In this document: in pieces, positions 9,273 through 19,246 of the stretch
How positions within the stretch are numbered: position 1 is the first letter of the stretch
Layout of the letters: every line of letters starts with the position of its first letter
NCBI GenBank assembly: GCA_900318935.1
Contig: ONMP01000003.1
Coordinates: 18,358 to 82,357 of the forward strand
Length of the DNA: 64,000 bases
Source of the DNA: an uncultured Actinomycetes bacterium
GTDB lineage: Bacteria; Actinomycetota; Coriobacteriia; Coriobacteriales; Atopobiaceae
Direction of reading: 5' to 3'
Notes under the pieces: model-generated
The model's database searches: none
The model's input: only the letters and a program-made list of their open reading frames with translations
Told to the model about the DNA's origin: nothing
Program-made: the position numbers and the translations under genes

Positions 9273-10247
9273 ATGGAACAACAACTGCCCCTGCATCCAG
9301 CGGAGGAGACGGGCCGTCCACTCGTTCTGCTCACGGCGCCTCAGCTCACGGCCCCGGTGAGTACGCATACCATCATGCGCGATGTGCTCATCGCGCTGAC
9401 GCCCGCGCTCGTGGCGTCGATTGTGACTTTCGGGCTGGGTGCGGCACTGGTGACGGCGGTCTCGGTCCTTTCTTGCGTGGGCTTCGAGTACCTGTGGTGC
9501 CGCCTGCGCAAGCTGCCAAACACCTGCGGTGATCTCTCGGCGGCTGTCACGGGTGTGCTGCTTGCGTTCAACCTGCCCTCGACCCTGCCGATTTACATGG
9601 TGGTGATTGGCGCGTTCGTCGCCATCGTCATGACCAAGGAGCTCTTTGGTGGCATCGGCTGCAACTTCGCCAATCCCGCCGTCGTGGGGCGCATCTTTCT
9701 GGCGGTTGCGTTCCCCTCGGCCATGGCGACCTTCATGGAGCCGACGGGTTTGACGCTGGGTGGGGTGGACCTCGTGAGTTCGGCGACGCCACTGGCACCC
9801 GCTGCCGAGGCGCACTCCTACTTGCAGCTCCTGCTTGGCACCCATGCGGGTGTTCTGGGTGAGACGAGCGCCTTGGCGATACTCATAGGCTTCGTCTACC
9901 TGCTCGTTCGCCGGGTCATCACCTGGCACGTGCCGGTCGTGTACGTGGGGTTGGTCGCGCTGCTCAGCTTGGGTGTGGGTGCCGATCCACTGGCGCAGGT
10001 GCTTTCGGGCGGACTTCTACTCGGCGCGGTATTCATGGCCACCGACTATGTGACGACGCCTGCAACTCTGCGCGGCAGAATCGTCTTTGCCGTGGGCTGT
10101 GCGCTGATTACCTGCCTCATCCGCTTCTGGGGCAACCTCAACGAAGGTGTCGCCTACTCGATACTCTTCATGAACTTGCTCGTGCCGCATATCGATGCCC
10201 TCACGCGCAACGTGCCGGTGGGAGGTGAGCATCGTGAGCAGCAGTAA
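9273..10247 (+). CDS. rnfD: Rnf complex subunit D
   Basis: A polytopic membrane protein with an NqrB/RnfD-type FMN-attachment-like motif (VSSATPLA). Confidence 0.9.
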   Translation: MEQQLPLHPAEETGRPLVLLTAPQLTAPVSTHTIMRDVLIALTPALVASIVTFGLGAALVTAVSVLSCVGFEYLWCRLRKLPNTCGDLSAAVTGVLLAFNLPSTLPIYMVVIGAFVAIVMTKELFGGIGCNFANPAVVGRIFLAVAFPSAMATFMEPTGLTLGGVDLVSSATPLAPAAEAHSYLQLLLGTHAGVLGETSALAILIGFVYLLVRRVITWHVPVVYVGLVALLSLGVGADPLAQVLSGGLLLGAVFMATDYVTTPATLRGRIVFAVGCALITCLIRFWGNLNEGVAYSILFMNLLVPHIDALTRNVPVGGEHREQQ

Positions 10248-10776
10248 TTCAGCGTTTGAGACAATTCGCCCCGTCATAGTACTCGTAAGCGTCTGCGCGG
10301 TCGCCGGGGCATTGCTGGGAGGCGTCCATCACGTCACGGCGCCGGTCATTGCCTCCGCAGAGCAGCGGCGTGCCGAGCAGACCTACGCCGAGCTCATGCC
10401 TGAAGCCGCGTCCTTCGAAGAGGTAGCCTGCGAGGCGGAGGGTTGCACGGCCGCGCTCAAGGCGCTCGACGCTACGGGCGGGCCTGTTGGCCACGTAATC
10501 GTTGCCGAGGCCAAAGGTTACGGCGGCATGGTCCCCTTGGTCGTTGCGTTCGACAAGGACGGCGCCGTGCAGCGCGTCACGGTGATGCCCAATGAAGAAA
10601 CGCCTGGCTTGGGGTCGCGGGCTGAGGACGATTCCTACCTGTCGCAGTACGTGGGAATCACCGCCGATGCGGTCGATGGCGCATCCATCGACCTCATCAG
10701 CGGCGCCACGATTTCGTCCACAGCCGTGCGCACCGCGTTCTATCGCGCCGTCGCGGCATATGAGGAGGTGCGCTGA
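10234..10776 (+). CDS. rnfG: Rnf complex subunit G (FMN-binding)
   Basis: GTG at 10234 follows ggaggtgag. It has an N-terminal TM segment and the FMN_bind motif DLISGATISSTAV. It overlaps the end of rnfD. Confidence 0.85.
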   Translation: MSSSNSAFETIRPVIVLVSVCAVAGALLGGVHHVTAPVIASAEQRRAEQTYAELMPEAASFEEVACEAEGCTAALKALDATGGPVGHVIVAEAKGYGGMVPLVVAFDKDGAVQRVTVMPNEETPGLGSRAEDDSYLSQYVGITADAVDGASIDLISGATISSTAVRTAFYRAVAAYEEVR

Positions 10777-11576
10777 TGCAGAAGGAGACGTCCGCGCGCA
10801 AGGAGTTCACCAAGGGGCTCCTGGCCGAGAATCCCGCCCTGCGACAAATGCTAGGCCTCTGTCCTACGCTTGCCGTTACCACAGCCGTCACAAACGGCAT
10901 CGGTATGGGCTTGGCCACCACTTTCGTGCTCGTATGCTCCGAGGTAGTGGTATCGCTGCTGCGCAAGGTCATTCCCGGATCGGTGCGCATCCCGGCGTTC
11001 ATCACCATCATCGCGAGCTTCGTGACGCTCACGATGATGCTTGTCAAGGCCTATCTGCCTGCGCTCGATGAGGCGCTGGGCATTTACTTGCCGCTCATCG
11101 TGGTCAACTGCATCGTGCTGGGGCGTGCCGAGATGTTTGCCTCGAAGCATGGTCCCGCGCTTTCCGCGCTCGATGGCTTGGGGATGGGACTTGGCTTCAC
11201 GGGCTCGCTCGTGCTCATGTCGGCCATTCGCGAGCTCTTGGGTGCGGGAACGCTGTTGGGCGTGCAGGTGCTCCCGTCGTTCGTGGAGCCCATGCTTATC
11301 ATGATCACGCCGGCGGGTGGCTTCGCGGTGCTCGGCGTGCTCATCGCAATCTCGGTGTGGTTCGAGCAGCGCAACGAGGAGCCGGAGGGCAGGCCCAAGG
11401 GTGTGCCGTCCGATACCCTCTGCGCAGCGTGCCCAATCGTCTGTCGCGTTAATGACCCGCACCGCGTGAACTGCGCGGACGGCACCTTGGTCGAGCAGTT
11501 GCGCCGCTTCGAGGAGACCGTGGAGCAAAGGCTCGCTGAGGCGGAGGCCGCCAACGAGAAAGGAGACGAGCGCTGA
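10776..11576 (+). CDS. rnfE: Rnf complex subunit E with a ~65-aa Cys-containing C-terminal extension
   Basis: TGATG coupling to rnfG. LAENPALRQMLGLCPTLAVTT is typical of RnfE/NqrD. The tail contains LCAACPIVCRVNDPHRVNC. Confidence 0.9.
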   Translation: MQKETSARKEFTKGLLAENPALRQMLGLCPTLAVTTAVTNGIGMGLATTFVLVCSEVVVSLLRKVIPGSVRIPAFITIIASFVTLTMMLVKAYLPALDEALGIYLPLIVVNCIVLGRAEMFASKHGPALSALDGLGMGLGFTGSLVLMSAIRELLGAGTLLGVQVLPSFVEPMLIMITPAGGFAVLGVLIAISVWFEQRNEEPEGRPKGVPSDTLCAACPIVCRVNDPHRVNCADGTLVEQLRRFEETVEQRLAEAEAANEKGDER

Positions 11577-12166
11577 TGGCCCAGTACGCATCGATTCTCT
11601 TTAGCATGATCTTGGTCAACAATTTCGTGCTCGTCAAGTTCTTGGGCATCTGCCCATTCCTGGGAGTGTCCAAACGCTTCAGTTCGGCGGTGGGCATGGG
11701 CGGTGCCGTCACGCTGGTCATGGTGCTTGCCATCGCCGTGACTTGGCCCATTCAGCAGCTGCTCGTCGCGTGGGACCTCGAATACCTGCAGACGATTGCC
11801 TTTATCCTGGTCATCGCCACGCTTGTGCAGCTTCTCGAGATGGCGCTCAAGAAGTTCATGCCGCCTCTGCACCGCGCGCTCGGCGTCTTCCTCCCGCTTA
11901 TCACGACCAACTGTGCCGTGCTCGGCGTGGCGACGCTCAGCGTGAACGAGGGCTACACCTATCCCGAGGCGCTTGTCGCTGGCCTCGGTGCGGGTCTGGG
12001 CTTCCTCATGGCGATGGTCATCTTTAATGGCGTGCGCCGTCGGGTGGATGAGGCGAACCCACCCGAGGCATTTCGCGGTATGCCCATCACGCTGGTTTCG
12101 GCAGCAATTACGGCCATGAGCCTCATGGGCTTCTCTGGCGTGGTCGATCATCTCTTTGGCGCGTAG
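11576..12166 (+). CDS. rnfA: Rnf complex subunit A
   Basis: TGATG coupling. ILVNNFVLVKFLGICPFLGVS is typical of RnfA/NqrE. Confidence 0.9.
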   Translation: MAQYASILFSMILVNNFVLVKFLGICPFLGVSKRFSSAVGMGGAVTLVMVLAIAVTWPIQQLLVAWDLEYLQTIAFILVIATLVQLLEMALKKFMPPLHRALGVFLPLITTNCAVLGVATLSVNEGYTYPEALVAGLGAGLGFLMAMVIFNGVRRRVDEANPPEAFRGMPITLVSAAITAMSLMGFSGVVDHLFGA

Positions 12167-12176
12167 GGGAGGGTCC

Positions 12177-12998
12177 ATGAGTTCGGTATTGCTCACCGTT
12201 GCGCTCGTCGCGGGCATGGGTCTGGTGGGATCCATGGTTTTGGTAGTCGCTTCAAAGAAGCTCGCCGTCAAGGAGGACTCGCGTGTGGCCGAGATCGTGG
12301 CCATGCTACCGGGGGCTAACTGCGGCTCCTGCGGGCAGGCTGGTTGCGAGGCGTATGCCAAGGCGGTGCTCAATGGTGCCGCGTGCAACTCCTGCGGTCC
12401 TGGCGGGCGCGAGACTGCACAAAAGCTTGCAGAGTATCTGGGCGTGGATGCCGGCGATGTAGTCATAAAGCGTGCGGTCGTGGCCTGCCGAGGCACGGCT
12501 GACCGTGTGGTGCTCAAGGAGCGTGCAGGATACCAGGGTGCTCCGAGCTGCAGGTCCTATTCCACGATGGGGCACCTCTCCGACGGATGCACCGATGGAT
12601 GCATCGGTTTCGGCGACTGCATGGCAGCCTGTCCGTATGGGGCCATCTCGCTCAACAAGAACGACGTGGCAGTCGTTGACCCTGCCATCTGCATCGGTTG
12701 CGGCCTCTGCACCACCATCTGCCCGCGTCACCTCATCAGCCTGCAGGAAAAAAGCGATGTCGCCGAGGTCTCCTTCGTCCTCTGTCACAACACGCTCATG
12801 GGCAAGCGAGCACGCGACGCCTGCGCAAACACCTGCATCGGCTGCCGTCGATGCGAGAAGGTCTGCCCAAAGAAGTGCATCACGGTGGAAAACAACGTCG
12901 CTCGCATTGACATCTCTGAGTGCGTCGGCTGCAAGAACTGCATGTACATCTGTCCTGAGGGCGCGATCTATCCCCTCGTCTGGGTGCCGCACACCTGA
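12177..12998 (+). CDS. rnfB: Rnf complex subunit B (polyferredoxin)
   Basis: ATG at 12177 follows ggggaggg. It has an N-terminal TM segment and the motif LPGANCGSCGQAGCEAYA. Several CxxCxxCxxxCP ferredoxin motifs follow. Confidence 0.9.
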   Translation: MSSVLLTVALVAGMGLVGSMVLVVASKKLAVKEDSRVAEIVAMLPGANCGSCGQAGCEAYAKAVLNGAACNSCGPGGRETAQKLAEYLGVDAGDVVIKRAVVACRGTADRVVLKERAGYQGAPSCRSYSTMGHLSDGCTDGCIGFGDCMAACPYGAISLNKNDVAVVDPAICIGCGLCTTICPRHLISLQEKSDVAEVSFVLCHNTLMGKRARDACANTCIGCRRCEKVCPKKCITVENNVARIDISECVGCKNCMYICPEGAIYPLVWVPHT

Positions 12999-13290
12999 TG
13001 AGTCGAGCCTCAAGTTAAGCGATTGCGAACTGAAATTCAGAATGTAAAAGTTCCCAGTTTTGATGCAAAAAGCATCGGCAAGATGTACGCTATCACAGTC
13101 AGTAGTGAGGACGAGACGGCAAGCGCATACCACGGCTCGTTTGGTTACGTGCAGTGGGCAGTCACCTCCTCGGCGAACGAGAATCTCCGCTATCTGATGA
13201 CGTCCGTGTACGACTATGACCAATCCGCAAAGGCGAACTTCCCCGATGAGCCCGCAAACGATTAAGCCCAGAAACATGAAGGAGGCCCTG

Positions 13291-13413
13291 ATGAAGGAAG
13301 CGTACGAGATCCTGGACATGGATGTGGTCGCGTTCGACACCGATGACGTCATCACGACCAGCTGCCCGGAGCAATTCAAACCGGACAAGAACGAGACCGA
13401 GATGGGCGGCTAG
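13291..13413 (+). CDS. Candidate 40-aa acidic small protein (MKEAYEILDMDVVAFDTDDVITTSCPEQFKPDKNETEMGG)
   Basis: AAGGAGG lies 5 nt upstream of the ATG and a hairpin follows the stop. It is too short for the ORF track as an independent start. No function can be assigned. Confidence 0.3.
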   Translation: MKEAYEILDMDVVAFDTDDVITTSCPEQFKPDKNETEMGG

Positions 13414-13443
13414 GCGCGTCTCAAGACACAAGGTGAGTGGGAA

Positions 13444-13476
13444 GGGGCCTGCCCGAGCAATCGGGTAGGCCCTTTC
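13444..13476 (+). terminator. Hairpin after the small ORF (end of the rnf transcription unit?)
   Basis: ggggcctgcccga-gcaa-tcgggtaggccct followed by ttcc. The U-tract is weak. Confidence 0.4.
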
Positions 13477-13587
13477 CGGAGCTGTAGCCGCCATGTCAAG
13501 GCGCGCCATGTACCGAGTTGGGAGATTCGCCGTGCTCGCATGGGTGTATAATCTAAGAGGTATATCTCCAACCGAAAGGAGTCCGTC

Positions 13588-14631
13588 ATGGCGGATCGCA
13601 TCCTCAACATCGGTTTCATCGGCAACGGCAAGGGCACCAATCGTTATCACGCACCCTTTAGTCTGGCTCTGCCCGAGAAATTCCGCGTCAAGACCGTCTA
13701 TGCTCGCCATCTTGGCGGTCCATGGGCAAAGATTCCTGGTACCGAGTACACGACCGACCTCGAGGCAATGCTCGCCGACCCCGAGATTGACATCGTGGAG
13801 ATTTCGACGCCGCACACCACACACTATGAGCTGACCAAGCAGGCACTTTTGGCTGGCAAGCACACTGTATGCGACAAGCCCTTCGTGGAGACCGTCGAAG
13901 AGGCGGAGGAACTCTATGCCCTCGCCGCGCAAAAGGGTGTCACGGTGCAGTGCTACCAGAACCGCCGCTTTGATTCCGACTACCTCACTGCACGCAAGGT
14001 TGCCGAATCCGGCAAGCTGGGCCGTGTGTATGAGGTTGTTACCCACTATGATTACTGGCGCGAAGCCTTCTATCAGATGGCGCACGAGGGCACCTACGAC
14101 CGGATGAACGGTGTCGTGTACGGCCATGCCTGTCACTGCGTGGACCAGCTCATCGACTGGCTCGGCGTACCCGAGCGCTGGCATGCGGAGGCGCGACAGC
14201 TCGGCGGAGAGGGTCGCCCCGACATGGTCTTTGACTTCGACTTCTACTACGACGAGGCTGGCATCAAGGCGACGGCTGCCACGAGCTATCTGGCCGCCAT
14301 CCAGCGTCCGAGCTTTGAGGTATATGGTGAGCGCGGCACGTTCGTCAAGGTCGAGAAGGACCAGCAGGAGCGTGACCTCAAGAAGTTCTACCTGCCAGTC
14401 GGACATGACGACTTCGGCCTTGACACGCCTGAGCAGTACGGCGTCCTGCGCTACTACGATGCGGACGGAGCATTCCACGAAGAGCGCGTCGAGACTGTAC
14501 GCAGCACCTATTCCGCATTCTACGAGGCGCTCTACGAGACGGTTGCCCATGGCGCTCCGCAGCTCGTCAAACCCGAGGAGACCATCGCCCAGCTGCGCAT
14601 TCTGGAGGATGCTACCCGCGACCTCAGGTAG
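13588..14631 (+). CDS. Gfo/Idh/MocA-family NAD(P)-dependent oxidoreductase
   Basis: SD aaaggag. Rossmann N-terminus ILNIGFIGNGKGTNRYH and the EKP-like motif (VCDKPF). Confidence 0.8.
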   Translation: MADRILNIGFIGNGKGTNRYHAPFSLALPEKFRVKTVYARHLGGPWAKIPGTEYTTDLEAMLADPEIDIVEISTPHTTHYELTKQALLAGKHTVCDKPFVETVEEAEELYALAAQKGVTVQCYQNRRFDSDYLTARKVAESGKLGRVYEVVTHYDYWREAFYQMAHEGTYDRMNGVVYGHACHCVDQLIDWLGVPERWHAEARQLGGEGRPDMVFDFDFYYDEAGIKATAATSYLAAIQRPSFEVYGERGTFVKVEKDQQERDLKKFYLPVGHDDFGLDTPEQYGVLRYYDADGAFHEERVETVRSTYSAFYEALYETVAHGAPQLVKPEETIAQLRILEDATRDLR

Positions 14632-14689
14632 CGTGCAAAGAGTGGCTCCATGTACTACATGGAGCCGCTATTCGCGGTTGGTACTTCGG

Positions 14690-15451
14690 CTAGCCGCGCT
14701 TCTTTTTTACTATGACGAATGCCCCGCATGCTACGACGACGGCACCCGCCACGCAGGCCAGGATTACAGGAGAGGAGTTCTCATCCGCGGCGTCAGTGGT
14801 GCTCGCGGCGGTTTCTTTGCCCGACGCTGATGCGTTCGCTGTATCGGCATCCTTCTGGGACGTCTTGTCCTTCTCCCCCTTGTCTTTGCTGGACTTGTTC
14901 GTGGACTTGCCGTCAGCTTTGGTGCTGCTTGTGGCTTTATCTCCGGACTTCTCATTGGTTTTACTTTGCGATGACTGCGAGTCAGAGGTGGAAGAACTTG
15001 TCGAGGACGAGGACTTGCCGCCTGTGTTGGCTTTGTCCTGCGATGCCGATGAGCTCGCCGGGGACGAGGACTTGCCGCCTGTCTGCTTCGTGTCGCCATC
15101 GGTGCTCAGCTCTAGCTCGCCTGCTCCCGGATCTTCTGTCGGCTTGCTGCCCGAACCGCTGCTTGCAGTTCCTCCGGCAGACGTACCGCTCGGTTTCGAT
15201 GAGGAGCTGCCCTCCGTTTGGCTCGTGCCCCCGTCATTGCTCGTCTCTGTTTCGTTGTTTGTACCCTGCGTAGGTGTGTCCGATTCGGAGGAACCCCCTG
15301 AGCTTTCGCTCTGGGCATCAGCCTCGTTCATTTCTTCTATCCCGATGGGTACGTAGCCACCTGTCATCTCGGTCTCGTTTTCGCCTGCAAGCGCAATGCC
15401 GGGAATCGCTATGCAGATGGCAAGTGCGCAAGCGCAGATTAACCTCTTCAT
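14690..15451 (-). CDS. Secreted, C-terminally membrane-anchored Ser/Thr/Gly-rich low-complexity protein
   Basis: ATG at 15451 follows aaggagg. Signal peptide MKRLICACALAICIAIPGIALAG. The C-terminus has a TM segment (VILACVAGAVVVACGAFVIV) followed by KKKRG. No clear LPXTG motif. Confidence 0.65.
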   Translation of the reverse strand: MKRLICACALAICIAIPGIALAGENETEMTGGYVPIGIEEMNEADAQSESSGGSSESDTPTQGTNNETETSNDGGTSQTEGSSSSKPSGTSAGGTASSGSGSKPTEDPGAGELELSTDGDTKQTGGKSSSPASSSASQDKANTGGKSSSSTSSSTSDSQSSQSKTNEKSGDKATSSTKADGKSTNKSSKDKGEKDKTSQKDADTANASASGKETAASTTDAADENSSPVILACVAGAVVVACGAFVIVKKKRG

Positions 15452-15662
15452 GTTTCCTTGACCTCCTTGCCTAAGGAATTGCACGCACTTTAGGGTATCA
15501 AAGCGCATGGTCGTGACCGCTAAGTGCACGAAAGGCATGGTCTTTTGCGCACATCAAGGCGGGCTTACTTCTCTTCATATTGGGTTGTAGGGACGACTCC
15601 ACGAGGCGCGTTGCGCGGTATACTCTTGGGCAGCAAACTCCATCTGAGAGGAGCGTGTTTCC

Positions 15663-16724
15663 GTGAGAGCCATCGCAGCATGTGCACTTGTCACTGCTCT
15701 AATCGCGCCGTTGTGCGGGGTGGCGCCGAGGCTTGCGTCAACGTCGGACGCGCGAGAGTCTGCCCCACAGATGGTTGAGCATGCGGTCAACTTCAATCAC
15801 GAGCTTGACGTCTACGAGCCAAAGAAGGACCACTACAACTTTTACTTCACATACAAGATTGTCCATCCTTGGTGGGATGCTGTGGCCCTTGGCATGGAAG
15901 ACGCTCAGCGGCAGTATTTGGCTAGGGGAGTGACGGTTACCTACGAGTACCTTGCGCCTAAGGCGGTGTCGGCGACAGACCAACGGCAGCGACTTTTGGC
16001 TGCGGCAGAGGGTCCCTACGACGTGATCGGTGTGGACGTGGCTGACGAGGCGGTCATCTCTCCGGTGCTTGACGAGCTGGCGGGGTCGGGCCACAAGGTC
16101 ATGACCTTCTCCAGCTCGGATGCCGCCAAGGGCTGCAAGCGCATCGCCTATGTGGGAAACACCCATAATTACGAGGATGGTGCCCTGCTCACCGAGGCGC
16201 TCTGCAAGAAGCTCGACTACAAGGGTAAGGTTGCCATTCTCGTGGGAAGCGAAGGGGCACCCTGTCACGAAGACCGCGCGCGAGGAGCGAAGGACACGAT
16301 TTCCAAATACGACGGCATGGAGATCGCGGAGATGGCCTACGACCAGGATTCGGTCGAGCTTGCGCAGAAGCTGACGAAGCAAATGCTCGAGGATCACAAG
16401 GACCTTGCGGGCATCGTCTGCTGCAACATGAGCAATCCAGTGGGTGCCGCGCGCGCTGTTGAGGAGTCGGGGAGACAGGTCACCATCGTCGGGATGGACC
16501 ACGATCGGGAGGCCCTGCATTACCTCAGGGACGGAGTCATCTACTGCCTTGGCGTGCAGGACTGCTACTCCATTGGCTTCGATACGCTCCTCACAGCCGT
16601 AAAGATCGCCGACGGAGTCGAGCCCGGAAAGCTGTATCCCGAGCTGCCGGATGAGAGCACGACCATTGTCTACCAAGACGACGCTGGTGCCATACTGGGC
16701 ATGCTCTATGGCGAGATTCAATAG
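15663..16724 (+). CDS. Periplasmic-binding-protein (PBP1, sugar-binding-like) domain protein
   Basis: GTG start with a signal peptide. The body resembles ABC sugar-binding/LacI-type PBP1 proteins (VIGVDVADEA, VGNTHNYEDGAL, VAILVGSEGAPCHEDR). Confidence 0.7.
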   Translation: MRAIAACALVTALIAPLCGVAPRLASTSDARESAPQMVEHAVNFNHELDVYEPKKDHYNFYFTYKIVHPWWDAVALGMEDAQRQYLARGVTVTYEYLAPKAVSATDQRQRLLAAAEGPYDVIGVDVADEAVISPVLDELAGSGHKVMTFSSSDAAKGCKRIAYVGNTHNYEDGALLTEALCKKLDYKGKVAILVGSEGAPCHEDRARGAKDTISKYDGMEIAEMAYDQDSVELAQKLTKQMLEDHKDLAGIVCCNMSNPVGAARAVEESGRQVTIVGMDHDREALHYLRDGVIYCLGVQDCYSIGFDTLLTAVKIADGVEPGKLYPELPDESTTIVYQDDAGAILGMLYGEIQ

Positions 16725-16737
16725 GTGGCGAGGCGGC

Positions 16738-18273
16738 ATGTTCAAGAAGTACTCATTCCTGACACAGGTCGTAGTCGGTGCGCTGGTCGTGGCGGCTATC
16801 ATTGCGAGCACGACCATCTGGGTGTCTAGAGGTGCACGCGACGCCGCAAACAAAGCTGTGGGCAAGGTGAGCGAATTCTACCTGCAAGAGCTTGCGGGCA
16901 GAAGGTCGCAGGTTGTCTCGGGTGTCATCGACTCGCAGTTCGAGCAGATGGGTCGTGCGATTGAGCTCATGAAGCCGGAGGACCTTGTCTCACAGGAAGC
17001 GCTCCGCGAATTCATCGGAGAGATCGAGGACCTCTATGACCTGGAGTTGTTTGCGGTTGTCGACGATGAGGACGTCGTTTATTCCCGTTATGCCACCTAC
17101 ATGGGTGGAAGCAGGTACGATTTCCTGACAGATGGGCAGCTCGACGACGGCAAGGTGGTGAGCTCCACGAGTCTCTATGGTGCGGTCAAGCAGGTTTGTC
17201 TCGCGATACCCGTATCCGGTCTCTCGCTTATGGGACGGCCCCTCAAAGCATGCTTCGTGCAGGTCGATATCGCCAGCATCGTCGACACGCTCGCATTCGG
17301 CGAAGAGGAGGGCGACACGTCCTTCTGTCTGTACTATCGCAACGGCGAGAACCTGACACAGCTGGATTTCGGACCGATCGCTGCGGGCGAGAATCTCTTG
17401 GACGTGATGCAGAGCAAAATCGACGAGGATGCTTGGGACGAGCTAAGGCAGAGCTTCTATGATGGTGAGAAAGGCTCGATGGAGTTCGACTGGGACGGAA
17501 TCAAGGAGACTCTGTATTACGCGTCAATCAAGGATACGAACTGGGTGTTGACGGTATTCGTTGCCGATGATTTGATTCAGGAACAGATTCGTGGCGTCGG
17601 TAGTGAGATGATTGCGCGTAGCGCGATTCAGATTGCGGTAACCGGGGTTGCGCTGACGGCCTACCTTCTCTCCATCATTGTTCGGATGCGCAGGATCTCG
17701 GACAGCCTGCTTGAGAAGGAGCGGCAAAACACCCGCAATGCGAGCGAGCAAGCTCAGCGGAGCGAGGAAGAGCTTGGCGTCATAAAGACGATCGCCTACA
17801 AGGATGCGCTGACGGGAGTGCGCAGCAAGTACGCCTACACCGAAGAAGAGGTCATGATTGACGAGGCGATTCGGCGCGGTGAGGCGAGTGACTTGGCCGT
17901 GGTCGTGTGCGACGTGAATGGCCTGAAGCATATCAATGACACGCTGGGTCACGCATCGGGGGACGAATACATACGGGCGGCGTGCAAGCTTATCTGCGAC
18001 CTCTACGACCATAGCCCGGTCTTCAGGATTGGCGGTGACGAGTTCGTGGTGATTGTGCGTGGCACAGACTACGAACATCGAGACGAGATCTTTGCCGAGC
18101 TCAATCGCCGCGCCGAGGAAAACATCCCGACAGGCGGTGTTGTCGTTGCGGCAGGCATGGCCGAGCTCGAGCCCGATGACGTGGAGATTCATTCGACCTT
18201 CCATCGCGCGGACCAGCTCATGTACCAGCGAAAGTCCCGGCTCAAGGAGCTCGGTGCCCATTCGCGGGACTAG
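16738..18273 (+). CDS. Sensor diguanylate cyclase (extracytoplasmic Cache-like domain, TM segment, GGDEF)
   Basis: Two TM segments flank a ~300-aa sensor domain. The GGDEF domain has RIGGDEFVVI and DALTGVRSKYAY. Confidence 0.85.
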   Translation: MFKKYSFLTQVVVGALVVAAIIASTTIWVSRGARDAANKAVGKVSEFYLQELAGRRSQVVSGVIDSQFEQMGRAIELMKPEDLVSQEALREFIGEIEDLYDLELFAVVDDEDVVYSRYATYMGGSRYDFLTDGQLDDGKVVSSTSLYGAVKQVCLAIPVSGLSLMGRPLKACFVQVDIASIVDTLAFGEEEGDTSFCLYYRNGENLTQLDFGPIAAGENLLDVMQSKIDEDAWDELRQSFYDGEKGSMEFDWDGIKETLYYASIKDTNWVLTVFVADDLIQEQIRGVGSEMIARSAIQIAVTGVALTAYLLSIIVRMRRISDSLLEKERQNTRNASEQAQRSEEELGVIKTIAYKDALTGVRSKYAYTEEEVMIDEAIRRGEASDLAVVVCDVNGLKHINDTLGHASGDEYIRAACKLICDLYDHSPVFRIGGDEFVVIVRGTDYEHRDEIFAELNRRAEENIPTGGVVVAAGMAELEPDDVEIHSTFHRADQLMYQRKSRLKELGAHSRD

Positions 18274-18286
18274 TGAAGGAGATACC

Positions 18287-19246
18287 ATGATTCGTTTTGC
18301 GATTCTTGGCGCGGGAAACATTGCGCACCGCTTTGCGGCAAGCCTGTCCCATGAACGTGACGCGCAGCTCGTCGCCGTCAGTTGCCGCACGCGACAAAAG
18401 GCGGAGGCATTCCTTGCCGAGGTGCCTCACGCGGACGGTGTCCGCGCCTATGGTAGCCATGAAGAGCTGCTGTCGGATGCCGAGGTCGATGCCATATATC
18501 TGGCCCTTCCGCACGCCTTGCACCGAGAGTGGGCCATCCGCGCGATGCGAGCCGGCAAGGCGGTTCTGTGCGAGAAGCCTGCCATGCTGAGCGCGCAGGA
18601 GATGCGAGAGGTCGCCCTGGTGTCGCGCGAGACGGGCGTGCTCTTCATGGAAGCGATGAAGCCGCGCTTCGTGGCGATATACGAGCAAATAATGATGGCA
18701 ATCGAGGATATCTGTCCCGTGACGCGCATCGAGGCTACGCTCTGCAACGACATGCTGGGACTCGTGGAAGGTACTGGCAGCTATCACATGACGCCGGGAC
18801 CTGGCGCAGGCGTGCTGCTTGACTGTGGTACCTATTGCGCGAGCTGGGTCGTTACGTTCTGCCCCGGTGAGCTCGAGCTCATCTCCGTTGCCGGCGAGCG
18901 GAAGAACGGCATTGATGTGTATGCGGACGCCAAGCTCACCAACGGTAGCGTGACCGCACGGCTCGAGTGCGCCTTCGATCGCGCCAAGTCCCGCACGGCA
19001 ACCATCGTGGGCGAGCGCGGGCGCATCGTGGTCGAGGAGCTGCATCGACCCCAGCGCGCCACCGTCTATGTGGACGGGGTAGCACCGCGGGTGTTGGACG
19101 TGCCGTACGAGGTCGACGACTTCTACGGCGAGATTCATCACTTTGCGAGTCTGCTCAGGTCGGGAGAGGCCGAGTCTCCCGTGATGTCCCTCGCGGACTC
19201 AGTTGCCTGCGCTTCGGTGCTCGACGTCGTCCGTGCGGCGCTCTAG
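18287..19246 (+). CDS. Gfo/Idh/MocA-family oxidoreductase
   Basis: ATG at 18287 follows aaggaga. It has MIRFAILGAGNIAHRF and CEKPAM. Confidence 0.8.
   Translation: MIRFAILGAGNIAHRFAASLSHERDAQLVAVSCRTRQKAEAFLAEVPHADGVRAYGSHEELLSDAEVDAIYLALPHALHREWAIRAMRAGKAVLCEKPAMLSAQEMREVALVSRETGVLFMEAMKPRFVAIYEQIMMAIEDICPVTRIEATLCNDMLGLVEGTGSYHMTPGPGAGVLLDCGTYCASWVVTFCPGELELISVAGERKNGIDVYADAKLTNGSVTARLECAFDRAKSRTATIVGERGRIVVEELHRPQRATVYVDGVAPRVLDVPYEVDDFYGEIHHFASLLRSGEAESPVMSLADSVACASVLDVVRAAL

Noticed and set aside
11084-12517. A 477-aa minus-strand ORF across rnfE/rnfA/rnfB
   Set aside because: It is antisense to three genes with clear family signatures and tight translational coupling.
13023-13265. An 80-aa ORF directly after rnfB, considered as a real gene
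   Set aside because: It has no SD and no recognisable family. It may be a remnant of a larger gene, so it is kept only as part of a finding.
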